Assembly (NCBI GenBank): GCA_021791545.1
Contig: JAJYWL010000001.1
Coordinates: 5,856-69,855, forward strand
DNA from: a bacterium
GTDB lineage: Bacteria > Patescibacteriota > Microgenomatia > Levybacterales > UBA12049
DNA length: 64,000 nucleotides
Direction of reading: 5' to 3'
Both the position numbers and the translations under genes were made by a program. Below the pieces are notes generated by a model, which was not told the DNA's origin, did no database searches, and saw only the letters and a list, made by a program, of their open reading frames with translations. Positions 48,338 to 58,016 of the stretch are shown here, piece by piece (within the stretch, counting starts at the first letter, position 1; each line of letters begins with the position of its first letter).

Positions 48338-49678
48338 TTATGGTATTTGAATTCCTCTTTTTTTCAAGTCTTTCATCAGTCTTCTTCTAGCACTCTTATT
48401 TTTTGGAACTCGCGTCTCTAAGTATGTTGATTTTGTTTGGTCTCTTAGGTTATCTCTTAAAGAGTGAACTTTACTCCATACCTCATGCACAGAGCCAAGA
48501 ATATAGGGACTAGCTAATTTCCATGATTCTTCGCTGCCTGTTTCTATAAATTCTTTATATCTTTTTAACTTACTTCTTAGTCTATTTTTTTGAAAATCAT
48601 TAAAATTTTTTTCATGAACAACTGTGACCAAGGGATGGTAATCTTTTTTAAAATGTGGTTCTTTAGACTTTAATTGCAAAAATATAAAGGTATCATTTGC
48701 TAAGTTTTTGATTTGGTAATCGTATCCCCTGTTGTTTTCAGGGTAATCTATCTTAGGTGAATCTTGGAAGAACCATGAGGGTAAGGCGACAATTGTATTA
48801 TCGTCTTCATGTAGCGATAACATGCAAAAATCCAAAAACCAAATTAGTTCATGTAAGCCGCCGCGTAATTCACCTTTACTAATATCTATATCTTCTTGTC
48901 CAAGATAAACTTTTTCCATTGCTTCAATCATCTCCACTAGATAATTTTTTTTCTCTTCCTCAAATGGATTTGGTTTGTCTAAATCAATATTAGTTGCATA
49001 AGGGATAATAATTCCCGAAGCCATCCATTTTGCTTTTAAGCCGAGTGTTTTAGTAGAAAAATCTGAAGATGCCATGGTCTTTTCATATATTTTAAGATAC
49101 ATTTCACCCGCCATAACTTGTAATAATTTCTGAGTTTTATGTCTATCTTCTCTTCCTTGACGCACATCGCCAATATTAGATGCCATAGTAATCATGTCAG
49201 CAGCTATGTAAAGTGCTTTAAGTTCATCTAGAGTAAAACTTTTAAAACGCATTCTTTCTATAGAAAAATTAACTATATCGTCCAAGCTCAAACGGGCTTC
49301 TCTATCCTTAATCATCCAGGAAGGTGCACCTTTTGTCATGAGGTCATCTAATTTTTGCCATCCCTTAAAAGACCCTTCTGTAAAAAGCTCAGGAAATACT
49401 GTTGCCCCAATCAAAATGCCTGCCCCTCTTTCATATGCTAAGTATTTTAAATGACGTTGTCTTAATAGTTCAGTCCCCGCATTTTTATGGCCTGAATCAT
49501 GAAAGAGCAAAAGATTACTCTGTGCTTCATAAAGAGGGTCTTGTGAGAAGTACCAATCAGTTATTTCTGAGGGCGATGCGGTGCAGGCTCTGACTTTATC
49601 TCCAACAATATCCATTCGAGATTCAGCATTATTCACTTTTTCGTAATCAATTTGTAGATCTTTTATATCAACTGTCAT
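48338..49678 (-). CDS. Hypothetical protein with a possible C-terminal PD-(D/E)XK nuclease-like domain
   Basis: GGLHEL...RGYDYQI...FLQLKS; N-terminus homologous to 1558..2262. Confidence 0.7.
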   Translation of the reverse strand: MTVDIKDLQIDYEKVNNAESRMDIVGDKVRACTASPSEITDWYFSQDPLYEAQSNLLLFHDSGHKNAGTELLRQRHLKYLAYERGAGILIGATVFPELFTEGSFKGWQKLDDLMTKGAPSWMIKDREARLSLDDIVNFSIERMRFKSFTLDELKALYIAADMITMASNIGDVRQGREDRHKTQKLLQVMAGEMYLKIYEKTMASSDFSTKTLGLKAKWMASGIIIPYATNIDLDKPNPFEEEKKNYLVEMIEAMEKVYLGQEDIDISKGELRGGLHELIWFLDFCMLSLHEDDNTIVALPSWFFQDSPKIDYPENNRGYDYQIKNLANDTFIFLQLKSKEPHFKKDYHPLVTVVHEKNFNDFQKNRLRSKLKRYKEFIETGSEESWKLASPYILGSVHEVWSKVHSLRDNLRDQTKSTYLETRVPKNKSARRRLMKDLKKRGIQIP

Positions 49679-49770
49679 AGTTTTATATTAAACTATGCTT
49701 AAATTAATCTGCAAGTTTTATTTATCCATAAAATGAATTAGGAGGCCAGAAGAGTATTACGCATATAATG

Positions 49771-49843
49771 TGCTGAGAGTGTGAGTCGAACACACATAGC
49801 CTGTTCTTCAGACAGGTGCCTTGACCACCTTGGCTATCTCAGC
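49771..49843 (-). tRNA. tRNA-Phe(GAA)
   Basis: Reverse complement GCTGAGA...CCTGT-CTGAAGA-ACAGG...TTCGACT...TCTCAGC-A. Confidence 0.94.
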
Positions 49844-49956
49844 TTGAAATACAGATTAAATAATACCAATTTTTGAGCTTAAAGTAAATATTTAATCCCC
49901 CCTTTTCCCCTATTGACAAGCAATATATGATTCTGTCTACAATATATAGTATAGTA

Positions 49957-51006
49957 ATGAAAAGGAAAACTGCCAAAAATAGGTCCTCGAAGAAAGTAAA
50001 CAATACATACAGAAACTATGCTTTCGTCGTTATTGCAGCCGTAGCCGTATTTCTTCTTGTAACTTTATTCGTAAAATCAATATCTAAGATTCATGTTCTC
50101 GGAGCGGCTACCGGTCCTGTTCTTTTGGCAGATCAGGGAGATCAACCAGATTCTAATCAGAATGTTTCAGTAACTCCTGAACCAACAGCTGAAGTTCGTC
50201 ATGTTGATCAGGGCGATGCTACGGTAGATTGTGTAGGTCCCGACGGAAAACATCTCACCGTAAGTTTTAATGCTTGCCAGGAATTAAATAGAGAAAGAAA
50301 TAATTTTCATTTCACTCCCCTTGATAAACAAGAAGGTAAACCTGAACCTGTAAAACAAGAAACTCAAAATACCGAAAGAACTCAAAATAGGCTTGAAGTT
50401 CAAACAGAAGGTAATAAAGGTGAACTTAATCTGGAAACTGCAAATATGCATGTTGAAGTAAAACGTGAAGATAATGGTTCTGTTAAAATAACAGCCAAAA
50501 AACCAGATGGAACGGAACTTCAGCTTCAGACAAACGCACTAGATCAGATAAACGAAGCTCTTAAAGAAAAAGACGTTGAAGTAAGCACTGCTTCCGCAAA
50601 CGGTTTTGCAATAAGATCAGCAGGTGTTCAAGCAGAAACCAACTTCCCACTTTCCATTGATCCTACAACCAAATCTCTTGCAGTAACAACACCAAACGGT
50701 ACAAAAGTCGTAACAACCCTTCCAAATCAGGCGGTAGCAAATGCACTTCTTAACGGACATCTCTCAAGCGTTCTTTCAACAGCCGATCAGAATACGCCAA
50801 GCGCTTCGTCTGCAAGCAATATGATTAGTCTTACAGAGCTCAATAATCAACCCGTCTATGCGGTACAAGGAGTATTAAGCAAAAACCTACTTGGCATATT
50901 CCCTGTAGCTTTCAGGAAGACAGTATATGTATCTGCTCAGGATGGTTCAGTAGTTCAGGTTCAACAGTCTTTGTTAAACCAGATTCTTCAAGCCCTTTCC
51001 TTCTAA
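49957..51006 (+). CDS. Membrane-anchored extracellular hypothetical protein
   Basis: Basic N-terminus, TM, VLG motif, beta-rich body; start likely ATG 49957. Confidence 0.75.
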   Translation: MKRKTAKNRSSKKVNNTYRNYAFVVIAAVAVFLLVTLFVKSISKIHVLGAATGPVLLADQGDQPDSNQNVSVTPEPTAEVRHVDQGDATVDCVGPDGKHLTVSFNACQELNRERNNFHFTPLDKQEGKPEPVKQETQNTERTQNRLEVQTEGNKGELNLETANMHVEVKREDNGSVKITAKKPDGTELQLQTNALDQINEALKEKDVEVSTASANGFAIRSAGVQAETNFPLSIDPTTKSLAVTTPNGTKVVTTLPNQAVANALLNGHLSSVLSTADQNTPSASSASNMISLTELNNQPVYAVQGVLSKNLLGIFPVAFRKTVYVSAQDGSVVQVQQSLLNQILQALSF

Positions 51007-51064
51007 TTTCCATAGAAGTAATAAAAGTTTTTTTATTTGAGATATAAGAGGAATTTTATTTGTG

Positions 51065-51138
51065 TGGACGATTAGGGATTCGAACCCCAGACCTCTTCAG
51101 TGTAAATGAAGCGCTCTAACCAGCTGAGCTAATCGTCC
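51065..51138 (-). tRNA. tRNA-Val(TAC)
   Basis: Reverse complement GGACGAT...CTTCA-TTTACAC-TGAAG...TTCGAAT...ATCGTCC-A. Confidence 0.96.
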
Positions 51139-51202
51139 GTACATGTAATTTTATCAAAATTAAGCTTCATATCGCAACTTACATAATTTACTATTTGATA
51201 TA

Positions 51203-51547
51203 ATGCTTCCCATGAATCAAAAGTTTGAGGCTTGTAGAAACTGTCAGGATCAATGTTGGTTACAAAGGGAAGCAGAAAGAGCTGTGGATGTCTTTCTGGA
51301 TTCAGGAAATTCTGCACAACTTGCAAATAGAATTTCTGTCATTTCCGGTAGAGGTAAAAATGAACTTGACTGTCCTTCAGAGGAGATTAGAAGGGTAAGA
51401 GACGAAATTGCTAAGGCAACAAAAGATACTAGGGCAAGGCAAATGGCACATTCAGTTTTTCGAGCTGGTTCATCTCGGGAAAGAAGAAATTTTATTAATC
51501 CAAGTTTACCTCTTGGACAACAAAGAAGTGTTCGTGGAGATCGTTGA
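51203..51547 (+). CDS. Hypothetical protein with Cys motifs
   Basis: CRNCQDQC; start possibly 51212 after TATAAT. Confidence 0.6.
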   Translation: MLPMNQKFEACRNCQDQCWLQREAERAVDVFLDSGNSAQLANRISVISGRGKNELDCPSEEIRRVRDEIAKATKDTRARQMAHSVFRAGSSRERRNFINPSLPLGQQRSVRGDR

Positions 51548-51673
51548 CTTTAATAAGTTGTGCAGCATCTGGGACGATGTTCGTACCTATCTTACCTCCT
51601 CCATTGATCCTAAAGAGAAAGCTGCTCTTTTAGCAGCGATCGCTCATTTCAAAAAGAAAGAAGGTGAACGAAC

Positions 51674-52186
51674 ATGAATTGGTTCAAAAAATCCCAGATA
51701 ACGCACGAACCTCTTTCAGAAACCAACTCTATTTTATACGATGAGAGGACGTTTTACAATAAATTCAAGCAAGATTTATTGGAAGCTAAACAGGAAGTCA
51801 TTATTGAAAGTCCATTTATTACTACCCGAAGACTGGAAATGTTAAAGCCGGTATTTGAAGTACTAATAGATAGAAGTGTTCAGGTTTATATTATGACCCG
51901 TGATCCGCAAGAACACGACGAGTCTATGTTAAAACAAGCAGAAGCAGGAGTGCGGTACTTTGAAGTTTTAGGAGTACAGGTTTTACTATGTGAAGGTAAC
52001 CACCATAGAAAGTTAGCAATGATAGATAGAAAAGTTCTTTGGGAAGGTAGCCTAAATATTCTTTCTCAGTCGTATAGTCGTGAATTTATGAGAAGAATTG
52101 ATAGCCGAAAATTAACAGAAGAATTATTTATATTCCTAAGGTTTGAAAGACTTAATATATTTAAAGGAAAACTGGATTTGCTATAA
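51674..52186 (+). CDS. Phospholipase D-family (single HKD) nuclease-like protein
   Basis: IESPF, HRKLAMID...WEGSLN. Confidence 0.85.
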   Translation: MNWFKKSQITHEPLSETNSILYDERTFYNKFKQDLLEAKQEVIIESPFITTRRLEMLKPVFEVLIDRSVQVYIMTRDPQEHDESMLKQAEAGVRYFEVLGVQVLLCEGNHHRKLAMIDRKVLWEGSLNILSQSYSREFMRRIDSRKLTEELFIFLRFERLNIFKGKLDLL

Positions 52187-52210
52187 TCAAAACAGAAAGG
52201 AGGTAAAAAT

Positions 52211-52441
52211 ATGGATACTAAAGATCCGACTATCGAGAAGACAGAACAAGTTATTAATGCTTTAAGCTACGCTCACGAACATAACTTAGATATTCAAAAC
52301 AAAGATGACATAAGGAAAATACTTGAAGTTATTTATCCGGAGCATTCTAGTGAAGAAGAAGTTGAAGTGTTTATGAAATTACTCCAAGAGGCAAATGCGT
52401 TAATCGAAAAAGACATAGAAAGAAGGAGTAATATTAATTAA
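52211..52441 (+). CDS. Small acidic hypothetical protein
   Basis: 76 aa, AAGGAGGT SD and its own TATAAT. Confidence 0.65.
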   Translation: MDTKDPTIEKTEQVINALSYAHEHNLDIQNKDDIRKILEVIYPEHSSEEEVEVFMKLLQEANALIEKDIERRSNIN

Positions 52442-52581
52442 TGAATTTCTTCAAGCAAAAAGAGCAAAAGCCCTTTGCTTACTCTTCGATTGAGATGAGA
52501 AAGTCTTCAAAAAGTTATTTTAAATGGATTGCGCTAATTATATTCACAACACTCATATTTATTATCCTTAGTTTTAAATAG
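52441..52581 (+). CDS. Small protein with a C-terminal TM (46 aa)
   Basis: TAATG coupling; MNFFKQKEQKPFAYSSIEMRKSSKSYFKWIALIIFTTLIFIILSFK. Confidence 0.5.
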   Translation: MNFFKQKEQKPFAYSSIEMRKSSKSYFKWIALIIFTTLIFIILSFK

Positions 52582-53197
52582 GATTTCCACTCCCAAGAAA
52601 TGTTCTAGGATTAACTGGTATTCCAAAAACATTGATTTGAAAATGTAAATGAGGTCCAGTTGACCAACCTGTGTCTCCTTCAAGTCCGATTATGTCTCCG
52701 GGTTTAACTTCTTCTCCAGGATAAACAAATATTTTACTTAAATGACCATAAATTGAAGTTATACTATTTCCGTGATCGATAATAATATGTTTTCCGAATC
52801 CCCAGAAAATTTCTCCTGCATAGATTACTTTTCCTTTCATAAACGGAGTTATCGGATCTGCTTGAATTCCCATAGGATTAGCAATATCAATTCCAGTATG
52901 AAAGATCTGATAAGGCCAGTCTGACTGTCCGAATTCAAGGGTAATTATCCCTTTAACAGGCCATGTAACAGCGGGAGATATTTCTTTTATTACGTTTCCT
53001 GTTAAAGGATCATGGATTAGAACTTTATTAGTTACGGAGTTAAACGAAGTAAGACTATCGGAAACTACGTTTACCCCTACATTCATTAAAATTATTACCG
53101 CAATAATGGGTAACGAAATAGCTATTAGGAATGAGGCAATTACAAATTTTAGTTCTCTTCTAAAATTCCAGAGGTTTATTAATTTAAAGATAATCAT
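52574..53197 (-). CDS. M23-family peptidoglycan endopeptidase
   Basis: HTGID, YGHL, STGPHLHF; N-terminal TM. Confidence 0.92.
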   Translation of the reverse strand: MIIFKLINLWNFRRELKFVIASFLIAISLPIIAVIILMNVGVNVVSDSLTSFNSVTNKVLIHDPLTGNVIKEISPAVTWPVKGIITLEFGQSDWPYQIFHTGIDIANPMGIQADPITPFMKGKVIYAGEIFWGFGKHIIIDHGNSITSIYGHLSKIFVYPGEEVKPGDIIGLEGDTGWSTGPHLHFQINVFGIPVNPRTFLGSGNPI

Positions 53198-54978
53198 TGA
53201 GAGTATATTTCTCTTGGATCAGTTGTTAAAAGCGGATGTTCTTTGTCGGAAGCAACAACTTTTAAAGCTACATGATTTTGATCAGCAATAATTAACGCTT
53301 CCCCTTTGTCGCAAGTTAGTAAGAAATGCTGTTCATATTCACTTAAATTAAATTCAGAAGCAACTTTTTTAATAGTTGTAGTATCCTGTTTCATTAAAAT
53401 TCTAAGTGAACTTTGTGAAGCTATTGCCCTACCGTAATCCTGACTTAAGAAATCATTAGCTTGCTGGGAGATAATTGTAACTCCTAGGTAATATTTTCTG
53501 GCTCTTCGTGTAAGACCAGCAATAAATCTGGCACTTTCCTCATGTTGTAAAAGTATCCAGCCTTCATCGATAACAAGTATTCTTTTTTGTGGGTTTTGCT
53601 TAACTTGTGAATGGACAAAGTTTGCTACAACCATCATCATAACTTGTCTTAATGATTCGTCTAAGTCTTTAATATCAAAAACAACTAATCTGTTGCTAAG
53701 CTCAATATTTGTCTGTTCATTAAATACACTTGAGAGCGAGCCTTTAATATATTTCTCAAGTTTCTGAGCTAATTTCTTTTGCTTAAGTTGTTTTAAAGTT
53801 TTATAAAAATCTTTAAGTAAAGGATATGTTTTTAGTTTTGGTTTTCTGCCTCTTGGATCTTTTTTCTTTTTAGGTTTGTAATCAGGATTAAGTAACCAGC
53901 CAAAATTTTTATATGTTTGAAGAATCGCTTTATCAACTGTTCCTTTTTCTTCAGTATTTAAACCCCCTATCATTAAGGAAATAATTTCTGTTAAATCCTG
54001 AACGTGTTCTGATAATTCTGTATCACCGTTTTTAAGATTTATCGATAAATCAAACGGATTAATCTTCTCTTTGGATTTAACTGATAACTTGATATACGTT
54101 CCGTTTACAGAATTTGTTAATTGCTTATATTCTCTTTCCGGATCTATAACAATTACTTTTGTTTGTTGCATGAGTTGTCTTAGGATTTCAACTTTTGCTG
54201 TATAACTCTTGCCGCTTCCTGATTGTGCAAAGATAATTGAGTTGGCGTTATTTAAAGAAAATCTGTCAACAATTACAAGCGAGTTATTTGATTTATTTAT
54301 TCCATATAAAATTCCTGATTCCTGTACTAATTCTGATGAGATAAACGGAAAAGTAAGTGCTGCTGATGAACTGTCCAGATTTCTTTTTTGTGACAACAGG
54401 TTTTCTCCTCTAGGGAGTACTGATTGTAAGCCTTCAATTTGTTGAAAGGTAGCGTTTTTAATATAGAAAAGGCGGGTTGACATTACTGTTTCTAAAAGCG
54501 TTGTAATTTTATTTAAATCTGCAATTGAGTCAGCAGTAATTGTTATATAAATAGAAACTTGAAATAGTTTTTCCTGTCCTCTTTGAATTTTATCTTTAAG
54601 TGCCATTGCGCTTTCTAACGGATCCGTAATTTCTGATCCAATTACTTTTCCCTGTTTTAACATTGACCTTTTTGTTGACTCAAGTTCTGTAATTTTGCGG
54701 TTTAATTTAGGAAGTGCAGAGACCGGCTCGACTTGTTCGATGTGATATGAAATATCTGCGTTTGTGTTAAAATTAACGAGCATATTCAGCCATCCGGTAG
54801 AAGCTACATAGGGATAACCGGATATAAAAAGTGTACGCACAAATTTATCTCCCATTTGTAAGTAATTAGGGCATTCTTCAAGTCCTGAATAAGAAATTAA
54901 GTCTACTTGGTCCTGCTCCCCGTAATTAAATGCAAATATGTTATTTGGTTTTTGTTTTTTATTTAATTGTTTAAACAT
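53194..54978 (-). CDS. virB4: VirB4/TraC-like ATPase
   Basis: AQSGSGKS, IDPEREY, INPFD, VIDEGW, RRARKY, SQQ. Confidence 0.9.
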   Translation of the reverse strand: MFKQLNKKQKPNNIFAFNYGEQDQVDLISYSGLEECPNYLQMGDKFVRTLFISGYPYVASTGWLNMLVNFNTNADISYHIEQVEPVSALPKLNRKITELESTKRSMLKQGKVIGSEITDPLESAMALKDKIQRGQEKLFQVSIYITITADSIADLNKITTLLETVMSTRLFYIKNATFQQIEGLQSVLPRGENLLSQKRNLDSSSAALTFPFISSELVQESGILYGINKSNNSLVIVDRFSLNNANSIIFAQSGSGKSYTAKVEILRQLMQQTKVIVIDPEREYKQLTNSVNGTYIKLSVKSKEKINPFDLSINLKNGDTELSEHVQDLTEIISLMIGGLNTEEKGTVDKAILQTYKNFGWLLNPDYKPKKKKDPRGRKPKLKTYPLLKDFYKTLKQLKQKKLAQKLEKYIKGSLSSVFNEQTNIELSNRLVVFDIKDLDESLRQVMMMVVANFVHSQVKQNPQKRILVIDEGWILLQHEESARFIAGLTRRARKYYLGVTIISQQANDFLSQDYGRAIASQSSLRILMKQDTTTIKKVASEFNLSEYEQHFLLTCDKGEALIIADQNHVALKVVASDKEHPLLTTDPREIYSQ

Positions 54979-55588
54979 AAGTCTCTTTCATTAGTTCTAA
55001 GGTTTCTTCGTTTAACTCTTGAGTTTTTGTTTGCGACTGATTATAAAAACCGTAAAACAAATCAAGAATTTCTAAAGAATTCAAGGGTCTTGCTTTCATT
55101 CCTAACTTTTCTAAACCTCTTAAAATAATGTCTCTTTGCAAATGAATCTGTTCTTTAATAATTTTAAAGTCACTGCTCGTATCAAGCGGCGTATAAGGAA
55201 TTACAATATAAAATCTTCTTGCCAATATTTTATTTCCAATGACCAGTTTTTGGATAAATTCCTGATAATTATCAATTTGATTTTTATAGACTTTTTCTTT
55301 TTCATGGATTTTACTTTCTCTTAAGCTTTCTAAGTAGTTATCAATGTCTACTTCCCTGACTCTTATTAATATCTGCAAAGAACTTGGCAGTGAATTTAAA
55401 AAATTTTGAAAGTTATCTATTAAAACGTCCTGTTCATCTTCAGATTTTAATTCAAAGTTTATGCTTGAGGTTTCAATTACCATTCTGTACTGATTAAACG
55501 GAAGGATTAAGATATTGTCTTTAACTTCTTTTATTTGTATTTGCCTTCGGGATGATATTTTATTGTTCGATTTTGTTAACAGCCACAT
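54971..55588 (-). CDS. VirB4 N-terminal-domain-like T4SS component
   Basis: SINFELKSEDEQD...FLNSL..SLQIL...RRFYIVIPY; lies directly before virB4. Confidence 0.7.
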   Translation of the reverse strand: MWLLTKSNNKISSRRQIQIKEVKDNILILPFNQYRMVIETSSINFELKSEDEQDVLIDNFQNFLNSLPSSLQILIRVREVDIDNYLESLRESKIHEKEKVYKNQIDNYQEFIQKLVIGNKILARRFYIVIPYTPLDTSSDFKIIKEQIHLQRDIILRGLEKLGMKARPLNSLEILDLFYGFYNQSQTKTQELNEETLELMKETYV

Positions 55589-56078
55589 ATAATCCTCCTT
55601 TCTTATTTGGTTTTAAACTCAAACTGTAATTAGGATTCTTCAAAAAGTTTTTAATTTTTGTTGAATCTTTAAGAAGCGGTATTTTAGCTTTTAACTTTGC
55701 TTCATTTTCAAGAATTGCTTTCTCCAGTTTTTTTGTTTTGAGTTTATGTTTTTTAGGCAAAACAATAGCCCTTAAATAAATATCATTTTTATTAAATACA
55801 TAATACCTTGCCCTTAAGTTATATCGAAGTAAAACTACCAGCCAATTCAAAACTACTTTGCCTTTAATTCTTAATGAAAGAATAAGCGAGATCGCTAAAA
55901 CAACAAAAACTAAGATCAATTTATATAATTCAAAATGCATTCTTTGAGGTAAAATTGCATAAGCAATAGTTGTAAAAATAACAGGAACCATTAAAAGCAT
56001 TACCTGGGTAAGGCTTAAGCTTCCGGCAATTTTATCTTCAACTGTTGTTATTTGAGCCGGTATCACTGTTGTTCTCAT
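55560..56078 (-). CDS. PrgI/VirB3-like membrane protein
   Basis: IPAQITTVEDKIAGSLSLTQ followed by two TM. Confidence 0.75.
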   Translation of the reverse strand: MRTTVIPAQITTVEDKIAGSLSLTQVMLLMVPVIFTTIAYAILPQRMHFELYKLILVFVVLAISLILSLRIKGKVVLNWLVVLLRYNLRARYYVFNKNDIYLRAIVLPKKHKLKTKKLEKAILENEAKLKAKIPLLKDSTKIKNFLKNPNYSLSLKPNKKGGLYVAVNKIEQ

Positions 56079-57352
56079 GCATTTACCACCCTTCTGGGAG
56101 TTTTAACTGCGCCTTTTGCAGCCGTTGTTGATCCGTCTGTTGAAATAACATTAATAATCTGTCCCCCTAGTTTTTTAACAGCGTTATTTCCTGTTGTATA
56201 CATGATCATCTGCATCATTAAAGAAGGAGTTTTTAAAAGTGTGAAGAATAGTCCGATTGCAATCGCAACCGAAAGGATTGAATTATTAGTGTTTTCAGGA
56301 AGTGTTAAAAATGAAGATGCGAGCTGAATAATAACTACATGAATGAATACTATAAATACCGTAACTACATATGATTTAACTGCAATTTCGGCAAAATCTG
56401 AAACTCTGGGAATAATCCAAAGTAGAAATATAAAAGGCGAGAGTACGGCAAAAAGCGAAATCATAATTAACCTTGAAATGTACATGAGGAGTAGTACGAT
56501 TGCGATAATAAGAAAAAGAAGCAGGAAAATAAGGGTGATTAATGGTGCAGTATTCCCCGTTATGTTTTGTAAGGTTATTGCATTCACTACCCACGCATGG
56601 TTAAGACCACCTGTTGAATCTAAAACCGTTTTAACAAGAGTGTTACAGGTAACAATTACGTAATCAGCTAAAAATAAAGAAACGTTTGCCCCAAGAAAGG
56701 CCATTCCGATTCTGGGAAACAATTGTTTTAAATCTACTTCGTCAAAGCCTAAAGATGAAGCACTCATAAAATGAAGTCCTAAAAGAGCAACTACGACAAC
56801 AAACAAAGAGTCAACAATACCTAAGATCACAAACCAAAATTTGAGTATTACTGAGTTATTTAAAAGAGTTGGAGTAGTAGTTAAGAAAGACATTATGCCG
56901 TCAACAATAGGTTTACTAGCACTTTCAACAATATTTTGTAAGAAAGATGAAACTGCATCGATTAATACCTGAGTAAGACCGTCATCCGGTTTAACTGAAG
57001 TAATCGGTGCAATATTTATGGCATTAGTTGTTGTAGGGCTTGCTGAGCTGTTAAAGGCGTTACTTAGTATAGAAACAAAAAGAGATGCTCCCAGAACAAT
57101 ACAGAGACCAACAAGAGCATTTCTGATCGTTTTTTTAGCACTTTCAAGTGAATCAGGCTTCCCGGTTGAGGTTATATATTGATAGCCTCCCTTGACCAAA
57201 AAAAAGACCGCCGAAGCGGTCGCTATCAGGGTAATCATACCCAAGGTGTTACTTGTATATTGCGTTACATCCGAAGATGCGGCATGTGCTGGATTCACAG
57301 CAATTGCAAAGAATGGCAATGAAAGCCCGAGTATTGTCAGTAACTTTTTCAT
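56075..57352 (-). CDS. VirB6/TrbL-like polytopic protein with an N-terminal pilin-like domain
   Basis: GGYQYITSTGKPDSLESAKKTI, then multiple TM segments. Confidence 0.75.
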   Translation of the reverse strand: MKKLLTILGLSLPFFAIAVNPAHAASSDVTQYTSNTLGMITLIATASAVFFLVKGGYQYITSTGKPDSLESAKKTIRNALVGLCIVLGASLFVSILSNAFNSSASPTTTNAINIAPITSVKPDDGLTQVLIDAVSSFLQNIVESASKPIVDGIMSFLTTTPTLLNNSVILKFWFVILGIVDSLFVVVVALLGLHFMSASSLGFDEVDLKQLFPRIGMAFLGANVSLFLADYVIVTCNTLVKTVLDSTGGLNHAWVVNAITLQNITGNTAPLITLIFLLLFLIIAIVLLLMYISRLIMISLFAVLSPFIFLLWIIPRVSDFAEIAVKSYVVTVFIVFIHVVIIQLASSFLTLPENTNNSILSVAIAIGLFFTLLKTPSLMMQMIMYTTGNNAVKKLGGQIINVISTDGSTTAAKGAVKTPRRVVNA

Positions 57353-57376
57353 AAATAGTATAAGATCAGAACTTTT

Positions 57377-57715
57377 TTAGTGTCCTGATCCAAAAGCTGT
57401 TGTTGCCAACTGCGTTACTACATTAGTTAAGACAAATGCTCCTAAAACTATTGTAAGTCCAAGCGCTGAATATAGAATAGTTTTTTTAGATCTATCTAAG
57501 CTTTCTGGGTTTCCTGAACTGGTTATATATCCAAACCCTCCGTAAACGAAAAATCCTACGGCAACAAGTCCGGCCAAGGTTATCATTACCTGAATGATAC
57601 TTTCGATAAAGACTTGTATTTGGGAAACTCCGCCTGTTGTTGTTTGGGCAAAAACAGGAGAAGCGCTTAGAAGCGAGGTCATTAGAACTGCTGACAACGT
57701 TATTGCTTTTTTCAT
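57377..57715 (-). CDS. VirB2/TrbC-like pilin
   Basis: Signal peptide (VFA|Q), two TM, GGFGYITSSGNPESLDRSKKTI; AAGGAGGTG SD before ATG 57715. Confidence 0.8.
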   Translation of the reverse strand: MKKAITLSAVLMTSLLSASPVFAQTTTGGVSQIQVFIESIIQVMITLAGLVAVGFFVYGGFGYITSSGNPESLDRSKKTILYSALGLTIVLGAFVLTNVVTQLATTAFGSGH

Positions 57716-57737
57716 ACTCTTACACCTCCTTTCGTAC

Positions 57738-57816
57738 AAAAAAACTGCCCGAAGGCAGTTGTCTACAATTACCAATTAATTAAGAACAATATACGAAAAT
57801 AACTCGAATATGTCAA
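57738..57816 (-). promoter_or_regulatory. T4SS operon promoter with a leader terminator hairpin
   Basis: TTGACA-N17-TATATT, then AACTGCC-TTCG-GGCAGTT-TTTTT before the SD. Confidence 0.7.
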
Positions 57817-57967
57817 GTGGAGAAATTATAGGATTTATGCATTAAATCATTTGACATATGAGAGAATAATGTTTTAGTAAATTTACTTTTAGTTATTATG
57901 TATGTATTTTTCATATATAACAAAATTATTGCAAAGATTTTTATTAATTTAGATTTAATTTTACCCC

Positions 57968-58015
57968 TTGACAATCTACTACATATTGTAGTACCTTATC
58001 CCTATAAGGGGGATA
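57968..58015 (+). promoter_or_regulatory. Copper-operon promoter with two operators
   Basis: TTGACA 57968; palindrome TACTACA-TAT-TGTAGTA 57977-57993; TATCCC-N7-GGGATA 57997-58015. Confidence 0.7.
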
Positions 58016-58016
58016 T

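Noticed and set aside
45857-49770. Possible island between the convergent tRNA-Gly and tRNA-Phe
   Set aside because: No integrase or duplicated tRNA 3' end was found
49936-49950. Near-match TCTACA-ATA-TATAGT to the BlaI/CopY-type palindrome
   Set aside because: Two mismatches in AT-rich promoter DNA could arise by chance
51408-51677. 89-aa ORF overlapping 51203..51547
   Set aside because: Long overlap and weak TTG start; at most its 3' half is a gene fragment
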